A stretch of 61,724 bases of DNA, counting the filler, from Sphacelaria rigidula (lineage: Eukaryota): assembly GCA_964200075.2 (NCBI GenBank). It is 8 parts of 8 records of this genome, joined end to end, with 100 filler letters (N's around TTAATTAATTAA, not from the genome) between each part and the next. Parts side by side here need not be neighbours in the genome. Positions count along the whole stretch, not along the records: positions 23,188 to 30,815 come from CAXNAA020014034.1; positions 30,916 to 38,543 come from CAXNAA020014035.1; positions 38,644 to 46,270 come from CAXNAA020014036.1; 5 more parts are not named here. One strand, 5' to 3'. How positions within the stretch are numbered: the first letter of the stretch is position 1; every line of letters begins with the position of its first letter. Below the pieces are notes generated by a model, which worked only from the letters and a program-made list of their open reading frames with translations, searched no databases and had not been told where the DNA came from. Positions 28,631 to 42,800 of this stretch are shown here, in pieces. The translations under genes were made by a program, and so were the position numbers.

Positions 28631-31086
28631 CTGAACGCAAGCAAAATAAAAGGGTCATACGCGAAACTGCTCGCATCATGGGAGTGCTGTTTGAACATGA
28701 AAGACACATGTTTAGGAGTAGTACCCGCTCCAAACAGTTGTGTATCCGCCTCATTGGCCCGTGATACGCCGAGCAGTCTGGGCTAGTGCGTGAATCCGCG
28801 TTATGACGTCGCGAAACCTACTTGTGAAAGATTAATATTCAACAGGAGATATTGGGTGCGCGAGTGAAACCAGAGCCCATACTCATAAACCAGCCAGAAT
28901 AGCACTCTGTTATACCTTGGTTCATTCGTTTCCGCCCTGTTACCCTGTCAGTGCATATTTCCAACTTGTCATACTACACTGTTTCTTTTTTTTGCAATGG
29001 GGACAAGAGTTCGCACGTCGGACAGGCCACGAGCTACCTGAATACGGCCGTATTACTTCGTATTAGTGTAATAGCTAGCTCGATTGGCCCCTCCCTACAG
29101 CGTTGGACACCGAGCACGGTAAGTAACACATAAGTAGCGCTTTGATTTCTCAAACCCTGCTGTCATATGTTTGGTGTTTTTGGACGAGGGGTCCGAGGTT
29201 CCTCGTCGATTAGTTATTTTAGGTACAGTAGCTCATGAGCTGTGCGAAGTATGAAAGAGTTCGTGGTCATCCCTCCTGTTGAGCTACACGCGCGCGTCAT
29301 ACTTGAATTGCACTATGTTTGATGATGATAATAATATTACCCATGATAGTTGTTCCCAAGGTCGAAGAGTGGTCCGAATCCTTTTCGAACGTACAGTACA
29401 CCAAGCCCCAGAAATGATGGAGGCGGAGGTTGGGGGACAGTGGAAGCAGCAGGTTAGTGTCATCAAATGGAGAACACTCAACACTTGATGAATTCGAGAA
29501 TTGAGAGAAATCAAACACTCTGAAACGGCGTACAGCACTCCAAGAACCGAGAAAAGGACGAAAACACCAACTGCAAACAATGGAAAAGCAGGAAATCTCG
29601 CCCTCTTGTATGGCACCACATGCAACCCCTGCTGCGTGTCGACGTCAAGCGAACTCCAGCAATTAAGAATTCCGTACCAGTGCATGAAATTGTAAAGTTT
29701 AATTCTGCGTGAGCCTTTGTCGTCCCGGGCAGATATGCTTGGTTCAAGTAAGGCAGCCGGATGTGGGCAAATCACTGTGAACTGCGGACCAACCTGGCTG
29801 TGCACGGCTCCGCCGCTGTTCGATTGCGCTGTTTCGGCGATCACATTGTTGTATTGTACCACATTGAATACTGCGTGCGTCTCCTATTGTGGCGTGATCG
29901 CGTGTTTGGAGAATGTTCCTTGAAAAAACGCGGTGGAATTATGGTGGACAATTACTCCGCACCGGGCAGATCACAACCCTGACACGCACAGTCTAAAGCA
30001 CACTGCTAATGCTGCGAGATGGCATCAAGCTCGACAGCAACTATATCATGGGAGAGGATCTCCGAGCCGATTGTCACGTACATCAAGCGCAGGAACATAT
30101 ACTACGTGAAACAGCGGGGCCTTCTCAGAAGCAGACCAGTTCACTAGATAGGTCGTGGAGAAAAACTAAACTCACACTGAGGCGAGAAAGACCAGTTGAG
30201 CATATTTTTGGGGCGGAAGATGGGGCGAAAGTGCAGAAATGACCTTTTTTTATTCAGACGGGATTGTTCAGTATAAAATTAACTGAAACGGACATAAGGT
30301 GAAGTGAAAAGAAAAGAAAAAAGCCAGATGATGCATAAAGAAGTTGGTTGTGTCGGGATTCGAACTTGTGGCCTCCGTAAATGAAGCAATTAGACCACTG
30401 GGGCGCCGCGGAGTCACAGAAAAAGCTACACGCGCAGTGCAAATTTTGGAGCTTTGTGTCGAATTCTTACAAGGATCTTCCGGGCACAGACTGAAAATGC
30501 GTGACCGAAGCAACCCTCTGTTTATGTGTTTTTTCATGGGGAGCGACCTCATCTCTTTTTTGCTGATATTTCCAATCAGTTCAACTTTTTATTTTTCTTG
30601 GTTGCTTGAGAAGCGCTCCGCGTGTTAATGATGACAACCTGGTGTCAAAATTCAAACGTCTAACTCCTTATATTTAAGGTGTATCACCTGTCAACAGCCG
30701 ATAGGACCTCTCGGCTGGGCCAGCTTGTAGGGGTGGGGGGGGGGGGGGGGGGGAGGAAAAAAGCACGGCAAAACAACACAGCGGGGGGGTGGGGGGCCAG
30801 CGACCACCAACAACCNNNNNNNNNNNNNNNNNNNNNNNNNNNNNNNNNNNNNNNNNNNNTTAATTAATTAANNNNNNNNNNNNNNNNNNNNNNNNNNNNN
30901 NNNNNNNNNNNNNNNCGCACTTGGTGGTTAAGTGCGAGCCGGGTTGCGGGGAAAACCCGGCGTGCCCCGTCCCGGCTTTGTAGGGATGCGAGGTAAATTT
31001 TCATATGACTATGGCATGCAAGATCATGAGTACACCCACCCCCCCCACACCACACTGGTGGGTATATATATCAAGAATGGACGTAC

Positions 31087-34000
31087 CTTTTGTTTGACTT
31101 TGGCTGCATCGATCTTGTCAATCTCGACCTGCTTCAACAGTTTTTCCGCGTCCTTCGAGGCTTGCTCCAGGACTGGCTCTAGCTTGGTCAGGTCGGCTTT
31201 CAGACCTTCTACCATCGCATTGGTTTCATTCAACTTTTGCACACCGACCTGTTTTTATCGTGGCGGAAACCAACCAGAGATTGCAACGATCGATTTCACA
31301 GTAGTGGTTGATGTCGCGATCAAGTTACTCGTGCTTAGGAAATGAGCATCTAATCATATTTTTTGTGCGTTGGAGGTACTTTGGTTTGGTCGAAGCCCCA
31401 TCTGTATGGCGGTCGTGGAATGTGGTTTTCCTCTTGCCCAAGATCATTGGTTGTTTTTGGGAGGATCATTTTCAGGCTGAAGTTATCCAACTAGTAAATC
31501 GTGCTGCGGGCACACCGCTCGCCGTGAACTGAGCTCGCCTGCTATCAGTCACTCGTAAGTGACAGGTTGCCAGTTGCAACGACACGGTGGCCAAATGATG
31601 TGCGATGCGCCGCAATTTATGGTACCCGCGACACAAAGTGACATTTTTCTTGTTTTGAGATGCTCAAATCGCACCGGCGTTTAGGAGGGGGCAGGAAAAA
31701 ATGATCATTCTCTGCGCGCCCCCATCCCGAGGCGGACGGAGTTTACTGCCTATCGGCTATTCGCGGAACGGGTACACGTTTGTTTGTACGCACCCAGCGC
31801 GGGGTTAACGTGGCTCGCTGACTGGCGGCCGCTTTAACTTCCGATTCAAAATGCGCTTTACTCGCGACACATTACGGCACCCGCTTGACGTCTGTTTGGC
31901 GTAGAACTGCCAGCTAACATGCAAGTGTACAATGAACTGTTGATAAATCGTATATATTCAGGTCAACGTCCGATTTAGGAAGACATATTGCATATTCTTG
32001 CCTTCGTCCTTATCCGGCACTACTTCCGTACCTCCATCTGAGCTGCTTTCGTTGCGACAGCCCCCTGCAGCACTCCCAGCTTGGAGGTGTAGCTGTTGAT
32101 GAGATCAAGGTACGACTTGGGCGTGGTGTACACACGCCGCACGAGCTCAGCGTAGAAGCGGGCCGCGAAGACCTTAATCGAGGTATGCACCACTCCGCAC
32201 ATTCTGATCAGTCCCGCTCGCACCTGATCGTGCGCACACGGTTTTGTTGTTGTTTGCAGAGTAGCTTGTCCCACCGCTGACGGTTCGTGTTGAGCATAAA
32301 CAGAATAATCCGTCAAGTAACATGTCACATGACGATGTCTGTTTACTTAACTTCCGATGTTTGTTTGAGGAAAACCTCAGAGCGAGATATGCTCCCACCG
32401 GTACTTGACTCAATGATTTGTCTAGGCGCTACACATGTTTCAGAGTTCTCGCGCATATGTCGTACATTGCATTTTGCGACGTAGCACCGGCTCTTATCAC
32501 GAATGTCACACAAAAAGAATTGAAACAGCTGAACGGTACAAAGTCCTCCATGCAGCCATGTTCGCTAGCGTGCTTATTGGCGAAGCTATCCAACCTCGAA
32601 CACGTCTCGACATCGTTCTGCCAAGTATGTACATCTCAGGCTGTATCCCCTGAGGTAGTCGTTTCCCCTTACCTACCCTTCTCAAGTACATCGTGCTATT
32701 GCCAGCCAACCAAAAATCGAAGATTGCTGACCCCTGATCATACCGCTACTTACACGGGAACACTGTTTGACTCTGAATATCAAACGTGCACTTCCTTTAC
32801 TGACGCATAGGGCGTTGTCCGCAAGTTTGTTCCGGGGTCTTGCTTTGATATGCTGCTGGATACACTCGTACGAGGCGTGTATACGAATCTGCTGTCCTTC
32901 CTTCCCCTCCTACGACTGTCGCGCTTGCCTCGTCGGAAGGTAGTGGAACACCCTCGATGAAGCGCTCCGCCACGCTGACGAGTGCGGCTTCGGGCCAGGG
33001 GAAGAACCAGTCAATAGTAGTGCAGTTGATCAGGGAAGGGAAATTCCGACAGCGCACTCGGAGGGCATCGCCGACGGGAGACACGCAAAGCACCACGTGA
33101 AGGTACTCCCTCACCCTCGTGACGAAGGTCGACAGGCAGGCGTCTCTCGCCTCGGGGATACCGAGCTCTTTGCAAACAGGTATCATATCAGCCGCGATCT
33201 TGTCCTGCGTGAGGTGGGCGGGTTGATCGTTATGCCGGCGTTAGTTTATTCCCACGTGACGACAACTGTCGAAGATGGGAGAACAATTAGCTCGCATGTG
33301 TCGCCTGGATCGACGAATGTCCCACAGAGAAGAGGGCTAAGTACACGAGTTGAGGCGCGCGATCACCTGGTCCTACGAATTCCCCGTGACAGTCCCCACC
33401 TTCTCGGCTCTCCTTGTGCTCAGAAGCAGTCAATGCGAAGTCAACATCAAGGACATCGAAGCAAAGCTCTTGAAAAGAGTAAGGGTCGATTCCCTGCCCC
33501 TTACTTGCCCTGTTCTTCGGTCCATCAATGTATACCAACCTCAATAATCCCGTTTGAAGTAGTCAGCTCAACAGTGTCACTTATTTGCTACTTTGACATA
33601 CTGACCACATACATTTTTCACGCCCGAGCGGAAAATGTCGTTCGTGCATGGATGATCCTGTATAGGTAACCGCACCGTTGGTAGCTCCTGAAGACTACAG
33701 CAGTACTGCTTGAGAATATAGAGAGGAGAACGTCCCGACATTGCTGTTTCTATTCCACCGTACCGTTGCAACCTGATACAGTACCTGTACCTTGTAGGAC
33801 TTTCGCTATTCAATACGTGTTCGGCGTTCCAGTCAAAGGTTCGTTCAGCTCGAACTCATTCACGATACATTTGGGGAGAAGCTACGGCATCAACATACGC
33901 CAACAGTTCTCACCTGTTCGTCCTGCGGGAAGAGGTTCGGAATCTCGCCAGAATTGAGGACGTTGTTTAGGTCTTCCAACATCGTCTCCACGACGATTTG

Positions 34001-34505
34001 TGTGTCCGTGAAGAGGAACGTCACGTTGTTACCCTCCACGCCAGTCTTAACCTGCTCCATCGATGAGGTTGTTCGAAAGGACAAGTGAGCGGAAGAAGCG
34101 CGTGGGCAGCGATAAAAGCACGAGGGATGTCTCGGATATGGTATTTTCTTTTCGTCTCCAAAGGTGCATGTGTGTAGCCGTTTCATCAACACGCTATGCA
34201 CTCCAACGTTTCTTTCTCACGTTGTGTCGGAGTGACACATGTAACTCATGGGCGACTTATGGACGACAACATTCATGAACGGGTTATAGTACCAACTCCC
34301 ACGAGCGAACCATGTATGTGGAGCAGATATCCCATGTATAATGTTACGACTTAGTCTGCTATGTCGTTCTGTTCGACTTTGTGTTTCCTTCTGTTCCTTC
34401 TTTTCTTCAGAGCGTGTTTCAGTTATATTTTTCTTGGGTACGTCTATCATGAGACCACGGCTGGATCATGACCCCTGGGGGGTCAGTTAAAGTGCGACAA
34501 TCAAT

Positions 34506-34537
<32 letters not shown>

Positions 34538-37393
34538 GAGGGAGAAGATACGTGTATACATCACAAATCTTACCATGAGCCTCTTGATGTCCTCCCTGAA
34601 CTCCGCCAGCCCATACCCGCGGTTAATTTCGATCTGCACGCACTCGAATCCTGCGACGAACGAGGCTATACGGGTAAGACTCTGCTTTCCGCTGCCGCCC
34701 ACTCCGACGAGCATGGCATTACCACGCGGCTGGCGCAGCACCCGCCCCACGCGAGCCACGTGGACCACGGCATCGGCGAAGAACACGAGGTTCATCTGGT
34801 TCGCGAACGTGACGTTATACTCGTCTAGGCTGTCGTTGAGAATCTGGTTTTGAAGAAGCAAGAGAACGGGAGTACCGATGGAAGGAGGTTCGTAGGCGTG
34901 AGTATGAGGTGTACATTTACACATGACGTGGCAATACCGAGGAAACCATCGCCGAGAAAAGATGAATAACAAATACCGAAGACTAAATAATCACTTTTTA
35001 TGTTGTGTATATCGACATGAACAACCGAGATCTTTAATTGTTATCACCCTTATCATCACAAATCTCCCTCCCCCTTCTCCTCCTCCTCATAATTATCATC
35101 AGCGTTGCCATTGAGAATCTTCTCCTAAATACGAACATATATGATATCAGAGAAATTGAATAAAACGGGGAGGGTGGCGACCGCGGATGGCATGGCTATT
35201 GCGAACATCAGCTACAGCTATGAGCAAATCTGACAAATCGTGTGCTGGAGAGAGAGTATTGGCCAGTAATAATACTACTTTTTCATGACAAAATACGACG
35301 TTCGTCTGGTTGGCGAATGTCTCGTTGTGCTCGTCCAGGCTGTCTTCACCATCGAGATTGTTGCAGATCCATGGGACAAAAAGAGGACATGCAGCCGTTT
35401 CAAAGGGTTGTGGAAGAGGGCTTAGAACACAACACACGGTGGAGAAAGCCGGTGAAGGTCTTTTTTAAAATAGGTTGCCTGTATCTTGATCGATTTTATC
35501 TCAAACTATTTCGACACCTTCAGGAACTGAATAACTATTTACACCGCGATCTTCCCAGGACATGAGGAAAAACCGAAATGTGCGTTGCTTTGAAAATGTG
35601 CGCTCAGCAAACATGCGCGACACACTCACCACCTGAACACGCTTGTTCTCACAGAAATAAACAATTTGCGGGAGCAAGACATATCTACAGGCATAGTAGT
35701 AAGAAGTCTGTTTCGTTGTATACCGAGCTCAGGCTCAAGTGCTCTGCCGTGTTAGTGATCGTCGTTTTCTGTATACAATTGTCAACCTGTTGCATCTTGA
35801 TCATGTCCCTGGATTCCTCGTACAACTTCTTGTCTGCGCCGGGTTTAAGGAAGTCGCAGAAAATCACCGGGCAGCGCTCGTCGAATAACTCTTCTTTCGC
35901 CCACGATACCTTCAACGAAGCGACAGACGTGCGTTTGTTCGTGGGGCCGCGGATTGGGGAAAAAGGAGCCATCATCCAGAAATTTATAGGTCGCTCTCGG
36001 GCGCAAAAATCCTTTCGAAGTTTCAGTTCTAATGTGTGGAAGAGTGTTTCATATGTACGCGGCTGTAGTGGAAAACGTGGTGTGGGTTCATGGAGAGCAG
36101 CTCAAGCCAGAACCCACGTGAAAATGTGAAAATAAGGGGCGGGGGCGGGGCGGCGGGGAAGAGGAGGGGGATGGGTTGCAACGTAAGTCACCGTGGTGAT
36201 CAATCATTGTGGCGCTGAGTTTTAGCTTTATACACTCGAGCATCTAGGTGAGATACCGCCAACAAGTGTCGCACGCCGACACCCTGTCGCCAAATGTACG
36301 AGACCGATACATTGAACGGAGTGGAGCGTCTGTCTAGCCTCGTCACCTGTTTCGAACCACCGGGGGATAGCGCTGTCCCTGAAAAGATAGGGACGCCGGA
36401 GTACCAGGGTGCAAAATGGCCGTTCTTGAGCCTTCACAGATGTTCACTCAACACTCTTACACGGAAGGGACTATCGTAGGGTCGTACAGATAGATAATTC
36501 ACAAGCATTCTATCGGCCATGACACTTTGACCTCGAGGCCTCGTCTTGGAAGAGTTGTTGCTTTGACATTGCCGTTATGTTTCCCGTTGTTATACTTCGC
36601 TACCGCGATCGCGGCAAGGCCGTTTACAGTTTGGTCGTGTACCATGCTTTTTGTTGGGTACAAGAACGTTGAGTATCACAAACGGGAAGTTGGTGACGAC
36701 TACACAAAAGCATCCTCCAACAGTACTCTACAAGCAGGCCCTCTCTTTGTGTTCTTCAATATCCTACTGATCGCTAGGCAGAGGGTAGGTAGCATACCGC
36801 TTGACCACACGTAGGAGCACCATTCGGCACTTTGTACAGGAGCATGATGCGAGCTACAATGGGTGTATAATCACGTCTCGTGTCTTGATTGCTGTTCCAG
36901 TTTACAGGTGTCCTGATTGCTGCAAGAACACTAGTTTCGAATCCGAAAACGTAATTCCGAATCCGAAAAGGTAGCAGTCACTGCCAAGCACTCTGAGCTA
37001 CCCTCAAGAGGTGTTCAGTGTGCAAGGGTTTAACGACGTCTGAAGGAGTCGACGTCCTTACATCGAACTGGGCGGTCTTTGTAGCAGTCCCTTTTATGTA
37101 GTGCCACGAATGCGAAGCACGGCGAACAGCGTCCCCTTGAAACACAACTCTCATGGCGGGCACTTTCGGCACAAAATCTTCGAACCCTCCTTGGCTTGTA
37201 CAGTGTGGTTCGACTAGGTCACGATACTTTTTTTTTGTGAAGGCAGGCACACCTGGTCTTATTCGAAGGGAACAAGCGCGCTGTCCGATGTCTGGCTCAC
37301 CGTGGTAGTGTGAGGCGTACGCATCTCTCTGAGTTCATCTACGAGATCGATCCGCGGCTCTACACGCACCACGTGGCAACAAACATTGGTCAC

Positions 37394-37434
<41 letters not shown>

Positions 37435-38029
37435 CTGTCTCTCTCTGTCGCTCTCTCTCATCACCTTTAAATATCGAGGTAAAAGCTCCAGAACTAAATC
37501 CTCGAACCACTCCTGATCTTCCCGGTTAATGAGCCGATCGTAGAAAACTCGCGAGCACTCATGAACCCACAGTCGCACCGCGGTATCCACAGTCGCACAT
37601 CGGGGCGCGGTGATCATGAGGAACCCTTGGAACACTTTGGAGATGTCCCGGAGGTTGAACGTATAGTGGAACCTGAAATGTTTTTGGAAGGTGGTATTTT
37701 AAAAAACGAGTAAAAGCTATCCATCACGGTTATTTCAGGCACACTGTAAGTAATAGTCTACTCAGCATGTTGAAGCAGATGTTCGCTAGACCGCATGCTG
37801 TTGCCGCTAACTCTTCCCCCTGACTATCGTCCGAACGTTTCGCCACGTATCAATATATTTTGTAGAATGAGAGTTCGACTGAATATGGCGATTTCGTGAC
37901 TCGAGCAACGTGCCTGGCAGGCGTCGGCAGTAGCTCCTTCGAAATGCGTTCGTACACCTCGATAGTTGCGTTCACAATACCATCCGCTCGGCCCTTGATT
38001 TCAGCATCGAATTTTCCTCCAAGGAAACC
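31087..38029 (-). CDS. Dynein heavy chain (axonemal type), AAA3 lid to AAA4 to start of stalk: complement(join(31087..31248,32032..32223,32929..33204,33914..34051,34574..34843,35787..35909,37465..37672,37914..38029)), partial
   Basis: Motifs LLPTPA(R)FHYTFNLRDISKVFQG, LWVHECSRVFYDRL, AAA4 P-loop GNAMLVGVGGSGKQSL, LNSGEIPNLF, FPSLINCTTIDWF, YTTPKSYLDLI, then coiled coil. All seven introns join in frame, two via GC donors. Paralog cannot be assigned by eye. Confidence 0.96.
34350..34537 (+). mobile_element. Non-LTR retroelement 3' end with (CAAT)n tail, inside a dynein intron (antisense)
   Basis: Homologous to 500-718; long (TCAA)n tail ending about 36 nt from the exon donor. Confidence 0.7.
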
Positions 38030-38643
38030 CTTGACGCAAAAGAAGGAGATGGGGAAATTGAGCCATTAGGGACACGGTGGCGAAGTTGAGGACGTTTCAG
38101 CAAAAGCGAGGTACGATATTGTTCTTTTTTCTCTCGACTCAATGGAGTATAACTCTGTCCAGTCAACACCTGACATCATGAGAAGAGTACGACAGACTCA
38201 ATGCTTGCTGCACGATGCCAGATACTCCATTCATCTTTCATCCACCATCGTCGAAGGTAACGACCTGTGACGCAGGCGAGGATCAACCATTACAACGGAT
38301 GACCGGGATCTCCCCTCAAGCAGATACAAAATGCTTTCTGGACATACGACAATTACATGTCTGTATTCTTGGACGGTAACCAAAATGTGTGCATTTTGTA
38401 TCTCGACAACCGCACTACTCCTTTCGCGTCTAATAAATACCACAAGAATAGAGTCATCCTACGATAGCGGGGGGGGTATTTTGGGCCATTTGTTGCTCGA
38501 TTGTTCGAGTCAGATCGTCGTTGAGACCAGCAACGGTTGTTCGNNNNNNNNNNNNNNNNNNNNNNNNNNNNNNNNNNNNNNNNNNNNTTAATTAATTAAN
38601 NNNNNNNNNNNNNNNNNNNNNNNNNNNNNNNNNNNNNNNNNNN

Positions 38644-39235
38644 ATGCGTTTGGATATCGCACCATGACTACCATCGAAAACGCCCCTGACTACCGTAGAG
38701 CAATTGCTCGGCGATGACGGTCGCCTCATCGTCGAAGTACTTGTCTACATTTACGTGCGTCGGGTACTCGTGGCCGTCGCTCGCGTGTTGCGCGATGACG
38801 TTTGATACTAGATGGGGGTGTGGAGCTAGTACGACGCTCAGGCAGTACCGAATAGACAGACACAGTGTACCGAAGATGCTCGAACACCTACGTTTTGGTT
38901 ATATCATCTATGGTTGATTTGGCATGCTCAAAATGAGTCATGAGGGTAGACAGCGAATGTGTCTACCAGCTGTCTACCTCAACCGTAACAAAAGTGCTCA
39001 TTTTGACGACCGTGATTGGTCAGAATGATCATCCCGCGTCTCTCGGGCCTCGTGTACGGCTCATAATTTTCGGCGGGAAACTTCCAAACACACATGGTTG
39101 ACTCCGTGAGCTTCTCCGATGCTCCGCGGAGAGACCCCCCCCCCCCACCCCCCACCCCAAGCTCTGGAAACCCCCGGATGTCTTGGAACTGTCAGCCTGT
39201 ACAACTGTTCCGAGACGACGCTCGTCGTCTAAGGG
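38644..39235. mobile_element. piggyBac-type element, family A, copy 3 (right part)
   Basis: Ends CTCGTCGTCTAAGGG|TTAA; homologous to the copies on contig 3. Confidence 0.85.
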
Positions 39236-39864
39236 TTAAATGAAAACAGCAAAATGTCTCACCAGATCATCTGCAGACAAGCGGATTCGAAATTTTTGTG
39301 GTGGTTTTTGCAGTGGCCGTTCGCACAACATTTTCACACGTTAGACAGCCTATGAGCTACCAAAAAAAACTAAACGAAGAGCATTCTCAGATCCCCTCTC
39401 CACCAACACAAACTACGTGACAGCAGGGTCCGAGAAGTCAAAGCGCTACCTTCACGCTACACTACTCCGCGTCCTCGGCGTCCAGCGCTCTAGGGGGCAA
39501 ATACGGAAAAAGGGGACAAATGAGCCAAGTCATGATCCAGATCATCAGTACACTACAAGTAATATTCGGAAAGCTCATGAGTCTGTCCGACGTGTGAACA
39601 TTTTTGCGCTCGTGCATCACCAGTACGGACGGAGCACAGACGCGACAGCGAAACACATCACCTACACACCGACCTCCAAAAACCCCAACAAATTCCCGCA
39701 ACAGTGTACCGCTCTTGTTCCCTCTTCGTTACCCTTCCACATTTTCTGTCCGATTCACATCAGCGGTCTTGGAAGCGGACCTCATTCTCCGCCCGTGGGC
39801 ATACCTTGATAATACCCTACCTCATGTATACAAACTCGCACAGTCCGGATTGACGTCTGCTCAC

Positions 39865-42800
39865 CTGCGACTGTATGTGGCCTACGATGGCTGTGTAGTA
39901 GTCCATGCGCTTTGATTGGAAGATCTCGATATACCTGCGGACAAAAAAAAAAACGCAAAAGCTAAAGCATAAACAAAAACGTCCGCGAAACACGAACTCC
40001 TGATATTGACGAGGAGAAAACGACCCCAACAGAGGTCGACATCAACCACAGCACGAAAATAGTTTTTTGCAATAAAAAAGCACGGGAAACACTTGAGAAA
40101 CTGTTCCGTAAATGCCGCCGTGCGCCAGTGCTCCATCAGGGGTGATCTATCAACCACATGCTGAAATCGGATTGGAGAAATTACTTTGTTTTTTGTGAGT
40201 TGAACTCTTGTCCCGTCGCAGACGACGAGAGGACGACAGTAAAATAAACGATGACGAGAGTCGACGCGCCACGGGGGTTTTGATAGTCATGATCCAACCC
40301 TCAATACTAAAATGCCAGGCTCATGGTAAATATACCGGATGGGGGAGGCGGGTTCATCGCTTGGGACTCCGGACTCATCCCTGAGAAAGGAGAGGAATCG
40401 AAAACTCAACAAAAAAAAAAAACAGAAATCAAGGCTGAAAAAAGAGAGAGAAACAATAACAACTTGTATCAAACACTAAAGTGAAAGTCGGTAGTGCTTT
40501 GGTAATGAATATGTGCATCCATGCCCATGACAGTAACAGTAAAACAAAAAAATCGTTCCCGTAGTGCAAATTTCAGACGGTAACCGAATCGTACAAGACG
40601 TACGCTTCTCAAAAACTAGAGAGACACGCGTGAACTCCAGGCGGGGGCAAGGGAAATGATGCAGCAGATCGACCGCAAGATTTTGTACAGAAAAAACTTC
40701 CAGCGTCGTGCCACCCACGCGGGCATTTCGCTACCCCTAAAATTCCTCCAGGGCGGTCAGCTTTTCGAGCCTCCAGAGGAATTAAACGCCTCCGGAGGGG
40801 TGCGCGGTTCTCCAGAGACGTATTTTTTTGTTTCCTCCAGAGGGGTTGAACGCCTCCGGACGCTTGTTCTTGCCTCCGGAGGAATGCGCGGCCCTCCGGA
40901 GGCATTTTGCTATCACCAATTTCCTCTGGAGGGGTACCACCCATTTCCTCTGAAGGGGTACGCGGCCCTCCCAGGGCGGTAGTGTTTGGTTTCCTCCAGA
41001 GGGATTGAAGCCTCTAGAGGCTTGTTTTTGCCTGTGGAGGGCCGCGCATCCGTCCCGAGGCATTCTGGGGGGTAGCTAAATGGCCGGTTCACACGTCCAA
41101 CGACTGTGTAGTCGTGATCGATGACTTTTACAACTAATATCGAAACATGAGGGACGACACGGAGTCGCCCCCCTACGACTAAAATAAAAAATTGGCTTGT
41201 GCAAGAGTCGGCTTGTGAGACTTTCTTTTTTAATGGTGACGACTAACATACGCCGCCGACTTATACGACTACATTCGGTTTATTGCAACGACTACGAGTA
41301 GATTTCTGCGACTAGAATCGAAAAACGCCGACGACTGATTCGGCGACCACGATCTATGTGAGCGACGACACAGAGTCGGCCCCCAAAGACTAGATGAAAA
41401 AATGGCGATGAATAATAGCTAGCCGGTTTAGCCCGATTTTTGTGGCAAACAAAAATAAAAGTCAGAAAAAACTTCTATTTTGGAACCTCTGCGTCGTTTT
41501 ACGCGCTGGGAGACAGCTACGCAGATTTTGACACCATGGAACCGCCTCGACGAGTACAGCAGGCATTCCAAGGTGTCAATATCTGCCGAGCTCTCTTCTA
41601 GGATGTAAAACAACGCAGAAGCTCCCAAAAGGCAGTTCACAAGATGGTTATTTTTGTTTGCCATGAGAACAGTGTTATTCCTTTCAATATTATGGAGGCG
41701 GTATTTTTGGAGAGTAGACGCCCCAACATAGTACACCAGGCGTCTGATGATACTAAAACTTGACGTATGTGTGGACTGAAGCCGCAGGTAGGTGTTGACG
41801 CAGCAGTTCCGGTGACCCAAGGCATTGTGTGCGCTGCGTGGCTNNNNNNNNNNATGCTGCAGTGATTCCGGAAACAAGAACACTATCTGATGACAGTTCT
41901 AGAGGGTAACGGTATGAAATCCGGGAGGAGACAGGAGTAGATCTTGCCATCCTTGTTGTTTATACTGCCCCCCTGTTGGTCGAGGTTGGCACCAAGGCCG
42001 GAAAAAAACGATAGTTTAGGTTCTCCATATGTTAGAGGCAGATGCCCCTGAGTTTTATACGCCATGCCAAGCAAGACGCGGCCACACAACGCAGCCAAGG
42101 AGATGAGTATCTTCTGTCAAGGACCACTGCGGACCTGCTCGGGCAGGGGGCAACATCTCCTCGCTCACAGTGCCAGACCTAGCTTGGGCGTTACCACGAC
42201 GGTCTGAAAATGACAGGGGCAGTTGCTGTAGTTTTCTTTTATCATAATCAATCAGATATTCTTCCGTAGTGTGCTCCCACGTGAAAATATTTATCTTTCT
42301 CTGGCAGGCGCGTGATCACTCTTGTGCAGCGTTTTCACTTGGTTCCGTAATAGAAGAGAGAGCGAGTTACCATTTGTTTTTTTTTCACGAAAGGATCGCG
42401 GGTATTCTAGCCCTGTCGAGGCGTGGCTAGCATCGTACAGCCAGTTCTACAGTACTCGTTGTACTGGCACTAGGAACACACCGTCTCAGCTTAAAATTGC
42501 GCGGATACATATCGTGCAATACATTATTTCTGCATTCGTAGGGATTGATAGGCATCCTTTCCCGTCCGGCTGTCAAACGCGCGAAACCTGGTCTGTAGCG
42601 CCAGGTATCCGTGCTGATGTGGAGACCTCTGTTCCAAGGACGTCCGCCCTCTTTAGTCTCAGCATATTTTAGGCCTTAGAGTATGACCGTCTTCGATTGA
42701 CGCCGCGGATGATGACTTATAATTTCAGTACAATGCCTCCATAACATTGAAAAGGAGCAACACTGAGACAAATCAACGACGACCACGAGCCCCACGCTGC

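Noticed and set aside
29955..29985. Candidate missing MAPK 5' mini-exon (CAG|GGTTGTGATCTGC)
   Set aside because: Phase and peptide do not join sensibly to the VAIKK exon, and no GxGxYG exon was found.
39410..39810. Candidate terminal exons for the qRRM gene
   Set aside because: Two alternative acceptors both give short non-conserved peptides; I cannot choose without transcripts.
41428..42200. Possible transposase within the CACTA-like element
   Set aside because: No recognisable motifs in any frame, and it is interrupted by a gap.
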